This document shows positions 1 to 10,867 of a DNA stretch of 64,000 bases, in pieces. The position numbers and the translations under genes were made by a program. Numbering within the stretch: position 1 is the first letter of the stretch; every line of letters begins with the position of its first letter. Below the pieces are notes generated by a model that did no database searches, was not told the origin of the DNA, and worked only from the letters and a program-made list of their open reading frames with translations. Source of the DNA: an uncultured Candidatus Binatia bacterium (GTDB lineage: Bacteria > Desulfobacterota > Binatia > UBA9968 > CAXXLF01); the NCBI GenBank assembly GCA_965218425.1, contig OZ244621.1, forward strand, positions 1,600,001 through 1,664,000, written 5' to 3'.

Positions 1-187
1 CTTGAAGGTCAAGACACTGATCCTTTGGGGGAAAAATGATGGTGGGGCTTCAGTGGAGCGAGGCCTCGCCCTATTTCAATCCATTCCCGGGGCAGAACTT
101 CACATCTTTGATGAGTGCGCTCATTGGGTACAGTGGGATCAGGCCCCAAGGTTTCATAAACTCGTCGCGGATTTCCTTGCTAATTAG
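1..187 (+). CDS. Alpha/beta hydrolase, C-terminal part (meta-cleavage-product hydrolase-like); runs off the window edge
   Basis: TLILWGxxD...ELHIFDECAHWVQWDQ matches the C-terminal His region of MhpC/BphD-type hydrolases. Confidence 0.75.
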   Translation, partial: LKVKTLILWGKNDGGASVERGLALFQSIPGAELHIFDECAHWVQWDQAPRFHKLVADFLAN

Positions 188-370
188 GCTTTATGCGTCA
201 TGAGCCGGCCTCGTTGACATAAAAACCTACCTATAGAATACTCATAAGAAGGCACGTGGATCTTCGAAGAACGAGGAGGTCCTCATCGGCGCTCTTCCAG
301 CAGGACCCATTCAAATCGAAATGTTCCCGCCGGGCCGGGACTAAGAATTCTACAACCAGAGGATCCATCC

Positions 371-1405
371 ATGAAAACGATGAAAGCCATCGTCAAAAAG
401 TCCCCCGGCCCGGGTCTCGAATTACAATCTGCCGAGGTTCCCGTATGCGGCACCAATGACGTCTTGATCAAGGTCCAGAAAACCGCCGTCTGCGGCACCG
501 ACCTTCACATTTATAACTGGGACGAATGGGCCCAACGCGCCATTCGCACCCCTCTCATCATCGGTCACGAGTTCGTCGGTGAGATTGTCAACATGGGACA
601 GGGGGTCAAGGGTTTTTCCGTTGGCCATCGGGTCACGGGAGAGGGTCACCTGACCTGTGGTACTTGCAGAAACTGCCGTGCGGGGAAGCGTCACCTCTGT
701 CACCGAACGGCGGCTCTGGGCATTCACAGGAACGGGTCCTTCGCCGAGTACCTGGTCCTGCCCGAGTTCAACGTCTGGCCGGTTCATCCCAATATCCCTT
801 CCGAAATTGCCACTATCTTTGATCCCCTGGGAAATGCCGCCCACTGTGCTCTTTCCTACGACATGGTGGGAGAGGACGTCCTCATCACCGGCGCGGGTCC
901 GGTGGGGCTGATGGCCGTTGCCATTTGCCGTTTTGTGGGAGCGCGGCACATCGCAATAACCGATATCAACGACTACCGCTTGAACCTGGCAAGACTCATG
1001 GGTGCATCACGAGCCATCAACGTAAGCAAAACCACTTTAGAGCAAGGGATTGAAGACCTTCAGATGTCCAACGGCTTTGATATCGGGTTGGAGATGTCTG
1101 GAAACCCCCAGGCTTTCAATGACATGATAAGAAACATGTATCATGGGGGACGCATCGCCCTTTTGGGGTTCTTACCGAAATCCACCCGAATCAATTGGGA
1201 TGAAGTCATATACAAAGGGCTGTTGATCAAAGGGATATTCGGCAGGGAGCTGTTTGAAACCTGGTACAAGATGGCTCAGATGCTCAGAAGCGGTCTCAAT
1301 ATTTCTAACGTCCTCACCCACAGGTACTATGTGGACGATTTTCAGATGGCTTTCGAGGCCATGCAATCCGGCAACTGCGGGAAAGTCATCCTGGGTTGGG
1401 AATAG
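371..1405 (+). CDS. tdh: L-threonine 3-dehydrogenase
   Basis: Zn-ADH motifs [27 protein letters not shown]; adjacent to kbl. Confidence 0.97.
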   Translation: MKTMKAIVKKSPGPGLELQSAEVPVCGTNDVLIKVQKTAVCGTDLHIYNWDEWAQRAIRTPLIIGHEFVGEIVNMGQGVKGFSVGHRVTGEGHLTCGTCRNCRAGKRHLCHRTAALGIHRNGSFAEYLVLPEFNVWPVHPNIPSEIATIFDPLGNAAHCALSYDMVGEDVLITGAGPVGLMAVAICRFVGARHIAITDINDYRLNLARLMGASRAINVSKTTLEQGIEDLQMSNGFDIGLEMSGNPQAFNDMIRNMYHGGRIALLGFLPKSTRINWDEVIYKGLLIKGIFGRELFETWYKMAQMLRSGLNISNVLTHRYYVDDFQMAFEAMQSGNCGKVILGWE

Positions 1406-1450
1406 GCCCATGCCCTGCTCAAACATTGTTAGCCGTCGGGCAAGTTGAAA

Positions 1451-2635
1451 ATGCAGACCAAAGAACACTTTTTCTCCCAACTGGACCAGATCCGGTCCGA
1501 GGGCCTGTATAAGGAAGAGCGGCTCATCACCACCCCACAGAGTGTCGAGATTGGAGTGAACCCCGGGGGAGAGGTACTCAACTTCTGCGCCAATAACTAT
1601 CTCGGCTTGGCGAACCATCCCGATATCATCACTGCCGCAACCAAGGCCCTCAAGCAATTCGGCTTCGGCATGGCCTCCGTCAGGTTTATCTGTGGCACCC
1701 AGAGCCAGCACCGGGATCTGGAAAAGTCCATTGCAGAATTCCTCGGCACGGACGATGCCATTCTGTACACCTCTTGCTTTGACGCTAACGGCGGACTGTT
1801 TGAAACACTCCTGGGAGAGAAAGATACCGTCTTGAGCGATGCCCTCAACCATGCCTCCATCATCGATGGAATCCGTCTATCAAAGGCCGCTCGTTCTCGT
1901 TATGCCCACGGTGATATGTCAGATCTCAAAAAACATCTTGAAGCGGCCAAGGACCATGAAATTAAACTCGTTGCCACAGACGGCGTCTTTAGCATGGACG
2001 GAGATATCGCCAAGCTCAATGAAATCGTCCCCCTGGCAAAAAGATTCAATGCCATGATTGTTGTGGACGACTCCCACGCCACCGGTGTCATCGGGAAGAC
2101 CGGCCGCGGTTCGGCGGAGTATCATAAAGTGCTGGGAGATATCGATCTTTTTACTTCAACTCTGGGTAAGGCGCTAGGAGGGGCTTGCGGAGGATTCACC
2201 GCGGGTAGACAGGAACTCATCGACATGCTCCGTCAACGGTCCCGGCCCTATCTATTTTCCAACTCTCTCCCACCTCCCTTGGTGGCGTCGGGTATCAAGG
2301 TCCTGGAACTTTTATCCAGCACCACGGAGTTACGCGACAAACTCGAGGAAAACACCCGCTATTTTCGGGGGAGGATCACGGCTGCCGGTTTTGAAATCAA
2401 ACCCGGGATTCACCCGATCGTCCCTATTATGCTCTACGATGCCAAGCTGGCTAAGACCATGGCCGATGAACTCTTGAAAGAGGGGGTTTATGTGGTGGGC
2501 TTTTCCTACCCCGTGGTCCCCGAGGGGGAGGCCCGCATTCGGATCCAGTTGTCCGCCGCCCACGAGAGGAAACACTTGGACCTTGCAGTGGCAGCCTTCT
2601 CCAAGGTGGGAAAGAAACTAGGAGTCATTAATTGA
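1451..2635 (+). CDS. kbl: Glycine C-acetyltransferase (2-amino-3-ketobutyrate CoA ligase)
   Basis: [35 protein letters not shown] (PLP lysine), [14 protein letters not shown] at 1451. Confidence 0.97.
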   Translation: MQTKEHFFSQLDQIRSEGLYKEERLITTPQSVEIGVNPGGEVLNFCANNYLGLANHPDIITAATKALKQFGFGMASVRFICGTQSQHRDLEKSIAEFLGTDDAILYTSCFDANGGLFETLLGEKDTVLSDALNHASIIDGIRLSKAARSRYAHGDMSDLKKHLEAAKDHEIKLVATDGVFSMDGDIAKLNEIVPLAKRFNAMIVVDDSHATGVIGKTGRGSAEYHKVLGDIDLFTSTLGKALGGACGGFTAGRQELIDMLRQRSRPYLFSNSLPPPLVASGIKVLELLSSTTELRDKLEENTRYFRGRITAAGFEIKPGIHPIVPIMLYDAKLAKTMADELLKEGVYVVGFSYPVVPEGEARIRIQLSAAHERKHLDLAVAAFSKVGKKLGVIN

Positions 2636-2650
2636 AAGGAAATCCAAATT

Positions 2651-3193
2651 ATGGGCGGAATCACGGCGGGAGAACTGTTTCCCAGCGCAAGTCTTAGAGA
2701 CATCGATGGCCAATTAGTGGCGTTTCCTTTCGTTTTCGCCAGCGTTACCTCTTTCTATCGAGGTCGTTTCTGACCCTGGTGTCGGGCCCAGGTGACGGCT
2801 TTTGTCTACGACATCGAAAAGTTCACCCGTAACGGAGTTCAGATCCTCGGTATCAGCGCGCAGCCCGCGGAAGAAGGAAAAAAGTTCAGCGACCGCGTCA
2901 TTGAGGATTCAAGTGAGGACCGCCCAGGTATGCCTTGAGTCCTTTTCCGGTAGGCCTCATCTGCGATCCTTATAATAGAGAACTCATTCAAAGGGCTGGC
3001 GCAGGAGGCCAGGAAAGCGAGGATTGATTTCCGGCCCATGAGCACGGTGGTTGACCGCTCCGGTACAGTTCGGTGGCTTTACACGGGAGACGGGAGCCCC
3101 TCGGATAGGCTGGGACCGAGCAAGCACGCAACGGTGGCAGCCGCGGTTAGCCACGGGAGAGAAATCCCGCTAAACATCCCGGGCAACCGGTAG
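2651..3193 (+). pseudogene. Peroxiredoxin-like (AhpC/TSA) selenoprotein gene with a UxxC motif, frameshifted
   Basis: Manual translation from ATG 2651 gives ...FYRGRF-TGA(2771)-PWCRAQ...GVQILGISAQ. Stop at 2936; PFPVGLICDP continues in another frame; RPMSTVVDRSGTVRWLYTG...SDR resumes in the original frame to TAG 3193. Confidence 0.7.
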
Positions 3194-3256
3194 CGGTTGT
3201 TTCCGCAACAGCGAGTTACGCTGACGTTTCTATCGACGTCACCTGGTCACCAGGAG

Positions 3257-4327
3257 TCAGCCCCACACGCTCTTCCCGCCAAAGCGGCTTTCCCACTGCT
3301 GAATCACTTCCTTATTAAAAACGTTGTCCGGCACCTTGCCCTCCAGGGCTGCCAGTACCGAATCGGTAGCCCAATGGATTCCCGGACCGATACCACTTCC
3401 CAGATTGGCAGAGACCATATGGGGAGAGAGAAGGACCTTGTCTCCCATTTTACGCAGCGGGCTGTTCAACCCCAGTGGTTCCTCCTCGAATACATCCAGC
3501 GCCGCCCCCGCAATCTGACTCTTTTCCAGAGCACTCACCATGTCGTTTTCATTTACACAGTATCCCCGCGAGGTGTTGATGAGGATCGCGTTTGGTTTCA
3601 TCTGGGCCAGCTGACCGGCGCCTATCATATGTCGCGTCTCCCGGTTGAGAACCACGTGAAGACTCACCACATCAGATTCCTTGAGGAGGGTGGGTAGATC
3701 CACGCGCTTCACGCCATGCTCCGAAAACTTGGTCTCAGGAACATAAGGATCGCAGGCCAGTATGTTAGCGTTCCAGGGCCGCATGAGGTCCGCCACCCGG
3801 CTTCCAATTCTACCGAGACCGATGAGCCCAATGGTAATCCCCCGGTAGCCGTCTGCACGGGTTCCAATGTAAGTCCCTTCGAACTCCTTCCGTCTCCATG
3901 GCCCCCCGTCCTTGAGGTGCCGGTCCCGCTCGCGAACTTTCTTGAGCAGGGTCAGCAACGCGGTGATGGTGCCCTCGGCAACGCCACCCCAGTTCGATTC
4001 CGTAGGGCAGTGGGTCACCAGAATCCCCAATTCCGTGGCCGCCTCCACGTCCACGTCGTCCACTCCGATGGTGTATTTGGCAACGATGCGTATCTTATTC
4101 GAACTCTGCATGATCTTCTTTGTGATAGGGGAGCTACGTATGGAGGTCCCTGTCAGGGCATCACACCCCGTGGCCATCTTGGCCATCTCCTCCTCGTTGT
4201 TCCCCTGGGGGGTTTCCCAGGAGGCCTTTCCCAAAACCAGTTCGCATCCTTTCCCCTCAAGCTTTCGATGTGTCTCTTCCGTTGGGTCCGCCGGGGCAAA
4301 AATGAATACCTTTGATGATGCTGCCAT
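3257..4327 (-). CDS. D-isomer-specific 2-hydroxyacid dehydrogenase (SerA-like)
   Basis: GLIGLGRIG, SDVVSLH, LINTSRG, AALDVFEEEP, SPH; start moved to ATG 4327 after an AGGGAG RBS. Confidence 0.88.
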   Translation of the reverse strand: MAASSKVFIFAPADPTEETHRKLEGKGCELVLGKASWETPQGNNEEEMAKMATGCDALTGTSIRSSPITKKIMQSSNKIRIVAKYTIGVDDVDVEAATELGILVTHCPTESNWGGVAEGTITALLTLLKKVRERDRHLKDGGPWRRKEFEGTYIGTRADGYRGITIGLIGLGRIGSRVADLMRPWNANILACDPYVPETKFSEHGVKRVDLPTLLKESDVVSLHVVLNRETRHMIGAGQLAQMKPNAILINTSRGYCVNENDMVSALEKSQIAGAALDVFEEEPLGLNSPLRKMGDKVLLSPHMVSANLGSGIGPGIHWATDSVLAALEGKVPDNVFNKEVIQQWESRFGGKSVWG

Positions 4328-4390
4328 GAACTTATTCTCCCTTTTTATAATGTAAATTTGCCGGGCAAAGAAATTGCCTTTCGCGCCCAA

Positions 4391-4560
4391 ACGCCAAGCC
4401 CGCCAAGAGTTATTAACCGCAGATTAACGCCGACGGGCACCGATAAGGATTATTTTAAGAATCGCACCGCAGAGACGCAAAGTTCGCTGAGGAAAGACCT
4501 TTGCCCCCTTCTGCGCTAATCTGCGGTTAGTTGCTGGTGATTCACTTGCGCCCTGTGCTT
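4391..4560. repeat. Intergenic inverted-repeat element (TAACCGCAGATT family)
   Basis: 4414-4430 TAACCGCAGATTAACGC and 4513-4529 GCGCTAATCTGCGGTTA form a 16/17 inverted repeat; the same 12-mer occurs at 17299-17310. Confidence 0.65.
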
Positions 4561-4680
4561 TTCTATTCCCTTTACGCGGCTGATAGCTGATTTTCCGAGG
4601 TCGTTCTGTCAAATATTCTATAGAACTGAGCGCTTATATCATCCGATCAAAGAGGGGTCAAATTTAGCGCCCATTGCAGC

Positions 4681-4709
4681 TTGACAGTTATAAGGGCGAT
4701 GTCTAGCAT
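4681..4709 (+). promoter_or_regulatory. Sigma70-type promoter for the hydrolase at 4785
   Basis: TTGACA-17 nt-TAGCAT; GGAGG RBS before ATG 4785. Confidence 0.55.
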
Positions 4710-4784
4710 AGGCACGCCCAGCGATTAAGCGCTTGAGACTCAAAGCGAGAACTCAACCTTAATGAGAAGCGGAGGTTTAATTTC

Positions 4785-5594
4785 ATGGCTGACAACCTAT
4801 CTTCCATCACAGAGAAGTACATAGAACTGAGTCATGGTAGAACACGCTACCTGGAGGCAGGGACTGGTTATCCTACCATCCTTATCCACGGCGTGGGCTT
4901 CGGTGGTGGCGCGGACAACTGGCGCCTGAATATTGAACCCCTTTCCAAAAAGCTCCGGGTCTTGGCTATCGACTGCCTCGGTTGGGGCAAGGGAGACCCG
5001 TTCGATCGCGAATATTCATTCGCCTACCTGGTGGATCATGTGCGCGAATTCCAAGATGCCCTAAATCTAGAAAGGACTAACATTGTGGGCCATTCCATGG
5101 GGGGATGGATCGCCTCGGTCTTTGCCTACGAGAGTCCGAACCGGGTGAACAAACTGGTGCTCGTGGCCAGTGGCGGTGCGAGGCCCCGAACCCTTGCCAG
5201 TATGACCGAGTTCAAACCACCCACTAAAGAGACCATACAAAAGCAAATGACAGAGCGTACGGATCCGGCATACCACGGAGAACTGGACAAGTGGGTCGAG
5301 GAGGACTACGCCAAGACACAGATCCCCGGGGCCCTTGATGCCTACCGGAAGATCCTTGCGCACATGAACGATAACCCGAACCGCGTCCGTTACAACACGG
5401 TCCGCCGTTTGCCCCATATCACCGCCCCAACCCTGGTGCTCTGGGGTAGAAACGATCAGACCAACGCTCTCGAGATGGGAGAGGAGACCCACAGACTCGT
5501 CAAAGGTTCGAAAATGGTGGTTTTCGATGCCGGTCACTTCCTACCCTCCCAGGTCCCCGGGCCACTTAACCAAGCCTTGCTGGATTTTCTATAA
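4785..5594 (+). CDS. Alpha/beta fold hydrolase
   Basis: ILIHG, GHSMGG nucleophile elbow, LWGRND, AGH catalytic His. Confidence 0.92.
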   Translation: MADNLSSITEKYIELSHGRTRYLEAGTGYPTILIHGVGFGGGADNWRLNIEPLSKKLRVLAIDCLGWGKGDPFDREYSFAYLVDHVREFQDALNLERTNIVGHSMGGWIASVFAYESPNRVNKLVLVASGGARPRTLASMTEFKPPTKETIQKQMTERTDPAYHGELDKWVEEDYAKTQIPGALDAYRKILAHMNDNPNRVRYNTVRRLPHITAPTLVLWGRNDQTNALEMGEETHRLVKGSKMVVFDAGHFLPSQVPGPLNQALLDFL

Positions 5595-5664
5595 CACCGG
5601 ACCTAGGACACGCGTGTTCTGGAATGGAAGGCAGGGAGCTGTTCAAGCAAAACGACGGATGGAA

Positions 5665-6369
5665 TCAAGAAACGGCCAGGTCGTGCGTTCTCTTACCCAG
5701 CCGCCGTGCTCCGTGGGCCGTTGCAACCACCGTATCGCCCCAAGTGCACTTGTAATTTCCCTCTGACAATACAACCGACGGCTTGCAAATGAAAGCTATA
5801 TTTTCCAGGAGCTCGACACTGAACTGTCGCGCGCTGCTGGCGTTGTGAATGATAATGGGTCCATCGTCTCCAGCCCCACGATCGTGCATGGTAAGCGCCG
5901 CTTCTTTGCCCGCCCTCTCCGTGATTTCCGCAAGCTCCTTGCTAGAAACACCAGGTTTCATGCTTGAGCAGACCCGATTAAAAACCTCCTCACCCAGACC
6001 GGTAATTCCAATACGTCCTCGCTCCACATTCAGTTCCTTTAGCCGCTCCACGACGACCTGCCCGTAACGTCGATTGGCCTCGCGCACATCCTTGGTCCAG
6101 TCTTGCACTGGGGGCCAGCGGAGCTTCGCGGAGGTGGCGATGGCAGTCACCTCGCCCTCCAAGGGCAAAACCGCGGCGATGCCAGAGTCCCCTCCACCTC
6201 CGCAGTGGGTCAGGTAGCGTGTGTCCGCCTGAAAATCCGTAGAATTCCCTGTGTTGTTGAGTGTAACAATCACATCGATACCCTGTTGAGCCATGAGCTC
6301 GCGCACGGCCTTCCACCGGCGGTCGCTTTCGGCAAAGGAAAATCCGGGATAAGGATATAAGTCGGACAT
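5665..6369 (-). pseudogene. M24 (Xaa-Pro peptidase/creatinase-like) gene with a large internal deletion
   Basis: Creatinase-N-like region (RRWKAVRELM...RIGITGL) is joined directly to the late M24 domain (MKPGVS, FICKP, WGDTVV..GARRLG); only 234 aa, central part missing. Confidence 0.7.
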
Positions 6370-6477
6370 CTTCTCTATCGCCCGCTTATTTCTTTCTCGC
6401 TCCGGCTAAAGCATTAGCGGCGAGTTTATTGATGTTGCTCATGTCCATCCACTCCGGACGGGCGGTAAAAAGATACT

Positions 6478-7720
6478 TGAGGTAGCCCGGGTTTGACGGA
6501 CACCTAAAAAGGGGACAAGATCCCCGAAGGAGGTGTTCGATGGTCAAGCGAAGGCGATTCACCCAAGAGTTTAAGTTGGAAGCTGTTCGACTACTGGAGG
6601 CGGGTGCGCGGCCGGCAGCGGGGATTGCACGGGAACTGGGAGTCCCTCGCAATCGGCTGTACAAGTGGCAGGAACAGGTGAAAAACAAAGGGTCCGTAGC
6701 GTTTCCAGGAACAGGCCGAGGAAGGGACAACGATGAGGTATCGCGGTTAAAGCGAGAGCTGGAACGGGTAACGCAAGAACGAGATATATTAAAAAAGGCC
6801 GCAGCGTACTTTGCCAAGGAGCTCAACTAAAGTACGCGTTTATACGAGCTCACAGCAAAGAGTTTAGGGTGGTGAGGATGTGCGGGGTGTTAGAGGTTAG
6901 TCGAAGTGGGCACTATGACTGGAGCGGTCGAGGGGTGTCTCAGCGTAGCATACAGAATAAGGTTTTGATCACAAAGATCCGTAAAGTGCACGAAACACAC
7001 AAGGAGGGGTACGGAGCAGTCAAGACATGGCTGACGCTGAAAGAGGCGGGAGTGGCTTGTGGAAAGCATGGGGTGGCGAGGCTGAGGAGTTTAGTGGGGA
7101 TAGAGACGCGTCGGGTGCAAAGGTTTCGATTGGCCTACAAGGCTCGTCACAGTGCGCCACCGGCACCGAACTTGTTGCGTCAACGCTTCGAAGCGTCAGG
7201 CCCCGACCAGGTATGGATGGCCGATATTACCTTCATTGGTACCCGATCTGGGTGGTTATACCTGGCGGTAGTGGTGGACCTTTACTCTCGGCTGGTGGTG
7301 GGATGGTCAATGAAGCAACGTCGCACACAGGAGTTGGTCAGTGAAGCTTTACTGATGGCTATCGAACAGCGCCAGCCTATGGCGGGGCTGATTCACCATA
7401 GCGACCAAGGAATCCAATACGCTAGCAATCACTACGTTGAGTTGCTCAAACGCCATGGGGTGGTGCGCAGCATGAGCCGCAAAGGGAATTGCTACGACAA
7501 TGCAGTGGTCGAGAGTTTGTTCAGCTCACTAAAGAATGAACTTGTACACCATCAGGATTATAAGACGAGGCAGGACGCTAGGTCGGATATCTTCGACTAC
7601 ATTGAACTGTTTTATAACCGACGGCGCAAGCACGAGTCGCTGGGATACCACACCCCAACGGCATACGACTCGATCAAACGTGTGGCTTAATTAACTGTCC
7701 GTGAAACCCGGGTCGGTTCA
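6478..7720 (+). mobile_element. IS3-family insertion sequence (1243 bp)
   Basis: TG...CA ends; IRL TGAGGTAGCCCGGGTTTGACGGACA vs reverse-complemented IRR TGAACCGACCCGGGTTTCACGGACA; 3-bp ACT target duplication at 6475-6477 and 7721-7723. Confidence 0.95.
6540..7690 (+). CDS. IS3 transposase OrfAB (OrfA 6540-6830; -1 programmed frameshift into OrfB)
   Basis: OrfA HTH (FTQEFKLEAV); A-AAA-AAG at 6791-6797 leads into the OrfB frame; DDE motifs WMADITF, HSDQGIQY, DNAVVES. Confidence 0.93.
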
Positions 7721-8323
7721 ACTCGACCCCTTTGACCCGTCTCAGAGAGAAATGAACATCGTCCTTGGAAATATCCTCCCGCATGGAGTTTGACCCCCTG
7801 CCGCCAACAAAGGTGACTTTGATCTCCGGGTATTCCTTGTTAAACAAGCGAAATAGTCTCTCATGCGCGCTGCTGCCGTAAACCGTCAACCGCCCTTCCT
7901 CCTCAGCAGCCCGAACCGTTCTGTCCCATGCGTCTTTTCGGTTGGACTGGGCTTCGGCCTTCCCAAGCAGCACCAGAACGATGATGATGCCGAAACTGAT
8001 TCCGATAGAGTCGAGGCTTGTTCTCCAAAGAACCATATGACACCTCCTCGGTACGATGGATAGCGGTTCAGACCACCTTCCATATTACGGCGCCATGGTG
8101 CTGTCAATCGCGTATTTGTTCGGAACCTTGACACCAAACCGATGCGCATGCTATTGCCAAGCCAATTCCCCGAGTTTTTAATCACAACCCGCAAGCACAC
8201 CATCGCATTATCATAAGGAGAGAAGGTGTCCCCGGCTTTCGTTCTATCTCCAACTTCCGTTACCGCAGGCCAACAACAGAGTTGAGGTACCGCTGACACA
8301 AACGCACCTCAAAGGAGAGCCCA

Positions 8324-9586
8324 ATGCTGACTGCAGAAGAGAACGAGCAATTAACCCGAGTCGGCCCCGGCACGCCCATGGGCGAACTCATGCGCCGCTA
8401 TTGGCACCCCGTGGCCACATGTCACGAGCTTGAAGAAAATCCCGTCAAGGCCATCCGTATCCTCGGTGAATCCCTCACCCTCTTCAGGGATCGCCAGGGC
8501 AAGTTGGGCCTCATCGCACAGAAGTGCGCCCACCGAAGCGTTGATCTGAAGTACGGTATCCCCGAGCAAGAAGGGCTTCGCTGTCCCTATCACGGTTGGA
8601 TGTACGACACCACCGGCCAGTGCATCGATCAACCGGCGGAGACCGCTGAGACCACCTTCAAACAGAGGGTGAGGCTCAAGTCCTATCCGGTGCAGGAGCT
8701 TGGCGGGTTGATCTGGACCTACCTGGGGCCGAAGCCTGAACCGTTGCTGCCGCGCTGGGACCTGTTCGTGATGGACAATGCGTTTCGTCAGATTGGCACC
8801 ACGGTGATTCCGTGCAACTGGCTTCAGTGTCAAGAGAACTCCGTAGACTCGGTGCACACCACTTACTGTCATGGCCGACTTGGCCAATACGTATTGGAAC
8901 GCACGGGTTCTAAGGACCCCAAAAAGATCAACACCTATCAACGAATGAGCGCGCCCCATACGATCATTGCCTTCGAGCGGGTTGAGGTGGGGATCCAGAA
9001 GTACCGTCGCCGGGAAGGGCAACCTGAGGACGTGGAGAGTTGGCGCACCGGGCACCCGCTGGTGTTCCCAAATTACGTGCACATTGGGGGTCAGGCTCGG
9101 CGAGAGTTCCAGATCCGGGTTCCCATGGATGACACTCACACCTGGCACTTGGGTTACCATGTCTATTTCCCAGGCAGCGGGGTAAAAGTGCCGAAACAAA
9201 ATCCCGTGCCGTCATTCGAAGTGCCCATAGACGAGCTTCCCGATTTTGTGCTGGGTCAGGACATGCTCTGTTGGGTTGCGCAAGGGGAGATTACCGACCG
9301 GACGGTGGAGAGGTTAGCCGAGACAGACAAAGGGCTCGTTATGTTCCGTAAGATGCTCCAGGAGCAGATCCAAGCGGTTCAAGACGGCGGCGACCCCATC
9401 AACACCTTCCGTGACCCCGCCAAGAACCAGCGTATTAACTTGGAAATGGAGGACTACGGCGGCGTCCGTAACTACCAAAAGGATGGTGTCCGTCACAGCA
9501 ACCTGGGAACTTTTAGCCCGGTACTCGACGAATTGGACCAGCTGATGCTCAAGGGGGCGGAGGCGGCAAAGCGCGCCGGACAATGA
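8324..9586 (+). CDS. Rieske non-heme iron oxygenase alpha subunit (phthalate 4,5-dioxygenase/LigX-like)
   Basis: MLTAEENEQLTRVGPGTPMGELMRRYWHP N-terminus; CAH...CPYHGW Rieske ligands; ENSVDSVHTTYCH mononuclear Fe site. Confidence 0.93.
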   Translation: MLTAEENEQLTRVGPGTPMGELMRRYWHPVATCHELEENPVKAIRILGESLTLFRDRQGKLGLIAQKCAHRSVDLKYGIPEQEGLRCPYHGWMYDTTGQCIDQPAETAETTFKQRVRLKSYPVQELGGLIWTYLGPKPEPLLPRWDLFVMDNAFRQIGTTVIPCNWLQCQENSVDSVHTTYCHGRLGQYVLERTGSKDPKKINTYQRMSAPHTIIAFERVEVGIQKYRRREGQPEDVESWRTGHPLVFPNYVHIGGQARREFQIRVPMDDTHTWHLGYHVYFPGSGVKVPKQNPVPSFEVPIDELPDFVLGQDMLCWVAQGEITDRTVERLAETDKGLVMFRKMLQEQIQAVQDGGDPINTFRDPAKNQRINLEMEDYGGVRNYQKDGVRHSNLGTFSPVLDELDQLMLKGAEAAKRAGQ

Positions 9587-9590
9587 CGCC

Positions 9591-9612
9591 ACCACGGGCG
9601 TGAGCCCGTGGT
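9591..9612. repeat. Palindrome ACCACGGGC-GTGA-GCCCGTGGT between convergent genes; possible terminator or REP-like element
   Basis: Perfect 9-bp stem; 19/20 identical to the reverse complement of 51738-51757. Confidence 0.7.
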
Positions 9613-9649
9613 GCAATGCGAGAACAGATAACTCAAAATTCTTTTGCTT

Positions 9650-10528
9650 CTAACTGGCCGCTAGTGCGTCATAGGAAAAAGATTTGTCTTCCCATATTTC
9701 AGGCCCGCCCAGACCGTGCTCGATGTTCCACTGCATGGTGTCAAACATCTTACCGGTGATTCCACCGCCATCCTGCGAAGCGAGGTATTGCACCAGGGGC
9801 GCTACATGCTCGGGTACCATGGGCTGAGGGCCCCTTCTCGTAGATCCTGCTGCCATGCGCGCACGGTTTTGTTCATCAAATCCAGTGGTTCGAGTGTGGC
9901 CGGGAATAATGATATTGACGGCCACATTGTGTTCTTTCACTTCATCCGCCAGATAGAAGCTTAGGGTTGCCAGGGCTGCCTTGGATGACATATATGGCAT
10001 CTCCCGGCTGTTGGGGCGCAGCGCCATGTAGCCTCCACCGTGGGAATGATGAAGGACACCACTGCTGACGACACTAATAATGCTTCCCTTTCGCTTTTCG
10101 ATCATGGGCTGAATAAAACGTCTGATAACCTTCAAAACACCAAACACGTTTACTCCAAACAGTCTTTCCCAGTCAGAGTCCTTCGTCTGCAGGGTCGTGG
10201 TGCGACCCGCAGGCGGAAAAAGGTCTCGCTGGCGCATGGCCGCGTTGTTGATTAGAATATCCACGGTTCCGAACTTATCCAGAGTGGCCTTATAGGTCTG
10301 GTCGATCTGGGCGTCGTTGGTCACATCCATATCCGCCATCAACACGTTTTTTTCTTGCGCTTGCAATTCTGCCTGAAAATCTTCCGCACCGGCCCATGAT
10401 CTATCCGTGGCCACCACTTTGGCGCCGTCGGACAGAAAGGCTCGCACATAGGCACGTCCCATTCCCCTCGCTCCACCTGTGACCACCACCACTCGATCTC
10501 GAAAGTCGGCTGTAACCTTTAGTTCCAT
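9650..10528 (-). CDS. SDR family oxidoreductase
   Basis: TGGARGMG, LINNAA, YMSSK. Confidence 0.92.
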   Translation of the reverse strand: MELKVTADFRDRVVVVTGGARGMGRAYVRAFLSDGAKVVATDRSWAGAEDFQAELQAQEKNVLMADMDVTNDAQIDQTYKATLDKFGTVDILINNAAMRQRDLFPPAGRTTTLQTKDSDWERLFGVNVFGVLKVIRRFIQPMIEKRKGSIISVVSSGVLHHSHGGGYMALRPNSREMPYMSSKAALATLSFYLADEVKEHNVAVNIIIPGHTRTTGFDEQNRARMAAGSTRRGPQPMVPEHVAPLVQYLASQDGGGITGKMFDTMQWNIEHGLGGPEIWEDKSFSYDALAAS

Positions 10529-10559
10529 CTCAATTTCTCCTTTTGGTTTAAATTTGCTT

Positions 10560-10866
10560 GCTCCTTTTCTCCTAGTCTCCCTGTCTCTATCTATGTCCTA
10601 ATTCCTCTTTGTGTACTCACTGCTTACTGCCTCTAATCAGTACTGAGGGCTGAGTACTTAGAACTGGAAATTGCTCAGACGCTTTGCGCTTAGCGCCATG
10701 CGCTTTGCTGCTTCCTGGCCGGCGATAATCCGCGGTTAATTTGCCCCGTTCAGATTTCTACCTATCTTCTGTTCTCGTTTCCGTCGCAATCTCGATGCTT
10801 TTATCCCCAATCTAAAATCCAAAATCACAAATCTAAAATGACTTTGTCCCCGTCCCTGTCTGTTTC
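10560..10866. repeat. Mosaic of short (~7-nt) degenerate tandem repeats
   Basis: CACTGCT-TACTGCC, (A/G)CTGAG units, CGCTTTG-CGCTTAG-CGCCATG-CGCTTTG, AATCTAA-AATCCAA-AATCACA-AATCTAA. Confidence 0.65.
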
Positions 10867-10867
10867 T

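Larger units (their letters stand above)
6386..8036 (-). pseudogene. ABC transporter solute-binding protein, internally deleted and interrupted by IS3
   Basis: Signal peptide plus WDRTVRAAEEEGRLTVYG jumps to the C-terminal NSMREDISKDDV. Removing the IS and one ACT copy restores ...RRVKGVE-YLFTARPEWMDM...* in frame. Confidence 0.75.

Noticed and set aside
214..239. TTGACA...TAGAAT upstream of tdh
   Set aside because: Spacer is only 14 nt
8140..8165. Possible sigma54 promoter TGGCA...TGC on the minus strand
   Set aside because: GG-to-GC spacing is off by one from the strict -24/-12 consensus
10560..10866. Possible CRISPR array
   Set aside because: Units are ~7 nt and heterogeneous; no repeat-spacer periodicity and no cas genes
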